From Utricularia gibba (lineage: Eukaryota > Plantae > Magnoliophyta), in the NCBI GenBank assembly GCA_002189035.1, contig NEEC01000007.1, forward strand, positions 2,232,001-2,296,000: 64,000 bases of DNA, read 5' to 3'. Position numbers and translations under genes: made by a program. Shown piece after piece: positions 63,769 through 64,000 of the stretch (its first letter is position 1; every line of letters begins with the position of its first letter). A model generated the notes under the pieces. It was not told where the DNA came from. It saw only the letters and a program-made list of their open reading frames with translations, and did no database searches.

Positions 63769-64000
63769 ATGGCGATGGCGAAGCACGCGCACCCTGTTTC
63801 TGAAGCAAACGAGAGCAGCCCATTTGGTGGCTTAACCGCTGAGGAATTCTACGCCCGTCACTCGGTCACCCACTCCTCCGACTACATCACAAGCCGCACT
63901 CTGAAACTCAAGCTCTTCACTCAATGGTGGCTTCCCGAGAGCAGTCCACGCTGCTCAAAGGTATGGTCTGCGTCGTCCATGGCTACACCGGCGAGTCCAG
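63769..64000 (+). CDS. Alpha/beta-hydrolase, monoacylglycerol lipase / caffeoyl-shikimate-esterase-like; 5' part only
   Basis: HPVSEANESSPFGGLTAEEFYARHSVTHSS...KLFTQWW, then (after a 1-nt shift at ~63946) GMVCVVHGYTGES. Runs off the window, so not in the ORF track. Confidence 0.85.
   Translation, partial: MAMAKHAHPVSEANESSPFGGLTAEEFYARHSVTHSSDYITSRTLKLKLFTQWWLPESSPRCSKVWSASSMATPASP

Noticed and set aside
1-64000. CRISPR arrays, tRNA/rRNA genes, intact transposases or LTR pairs
   Set aside because: None recognised by eye; this is eukaryotic genic DNA. tRNAscan-SE and Infernal were not run.

Overview
Gene-dense plant nuclear DNA with GT-AG introns and AT-rich spacers. It is probably from a Lamiales eudicot (inference: the UGT78 closely resembles Perilla-type flavonoid 3-O-glucosyltransferases as I recall them). 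The left ~45 kb holds ordinary single-copy genes: LBD27-like, B12D, a PUB38-41-type U-box/ARM gene, MKK3, MOS1, HDA6, NBR1, AFC2-type LAMMER kinase, a divergent secreted PMEI-like protein, a GTD-binding/MyoB protein, plastid phage-type RNA polymerase RPOTp, ATG11 and a gamma-glutamyl peptidase. The accessory region is 45.1-60.1 kb, a direct segmental duplication of ~6.5-7 kb whose copies are separated by a decayed Ty1/copia fragment. Each unit carries a convergent pair: a UGT78 glycosyltransferase and a strongly remodelled 4-coumarate:CoA-ligase-derived enzyme. The complete ligase copy has an altered substrate pocket (HVFGLTA; a one-residue deletion after GYGMTE like sinapate-activating 4CLs; GEICVKS instead of GEICIRG) and ends in a PTS1-like PKL. 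The other ligase copy is broken by a real exon deletion and carries an extra 62-nt intron. The window ends with an RLCK-VI kinase and the start of a MAGL/CSE-like esterase. About ten apparent frameshifts are all 1-nt shortenings of G/C runs and look like assembly error. All homology calls come from motif recognition by eye; no searches were run.
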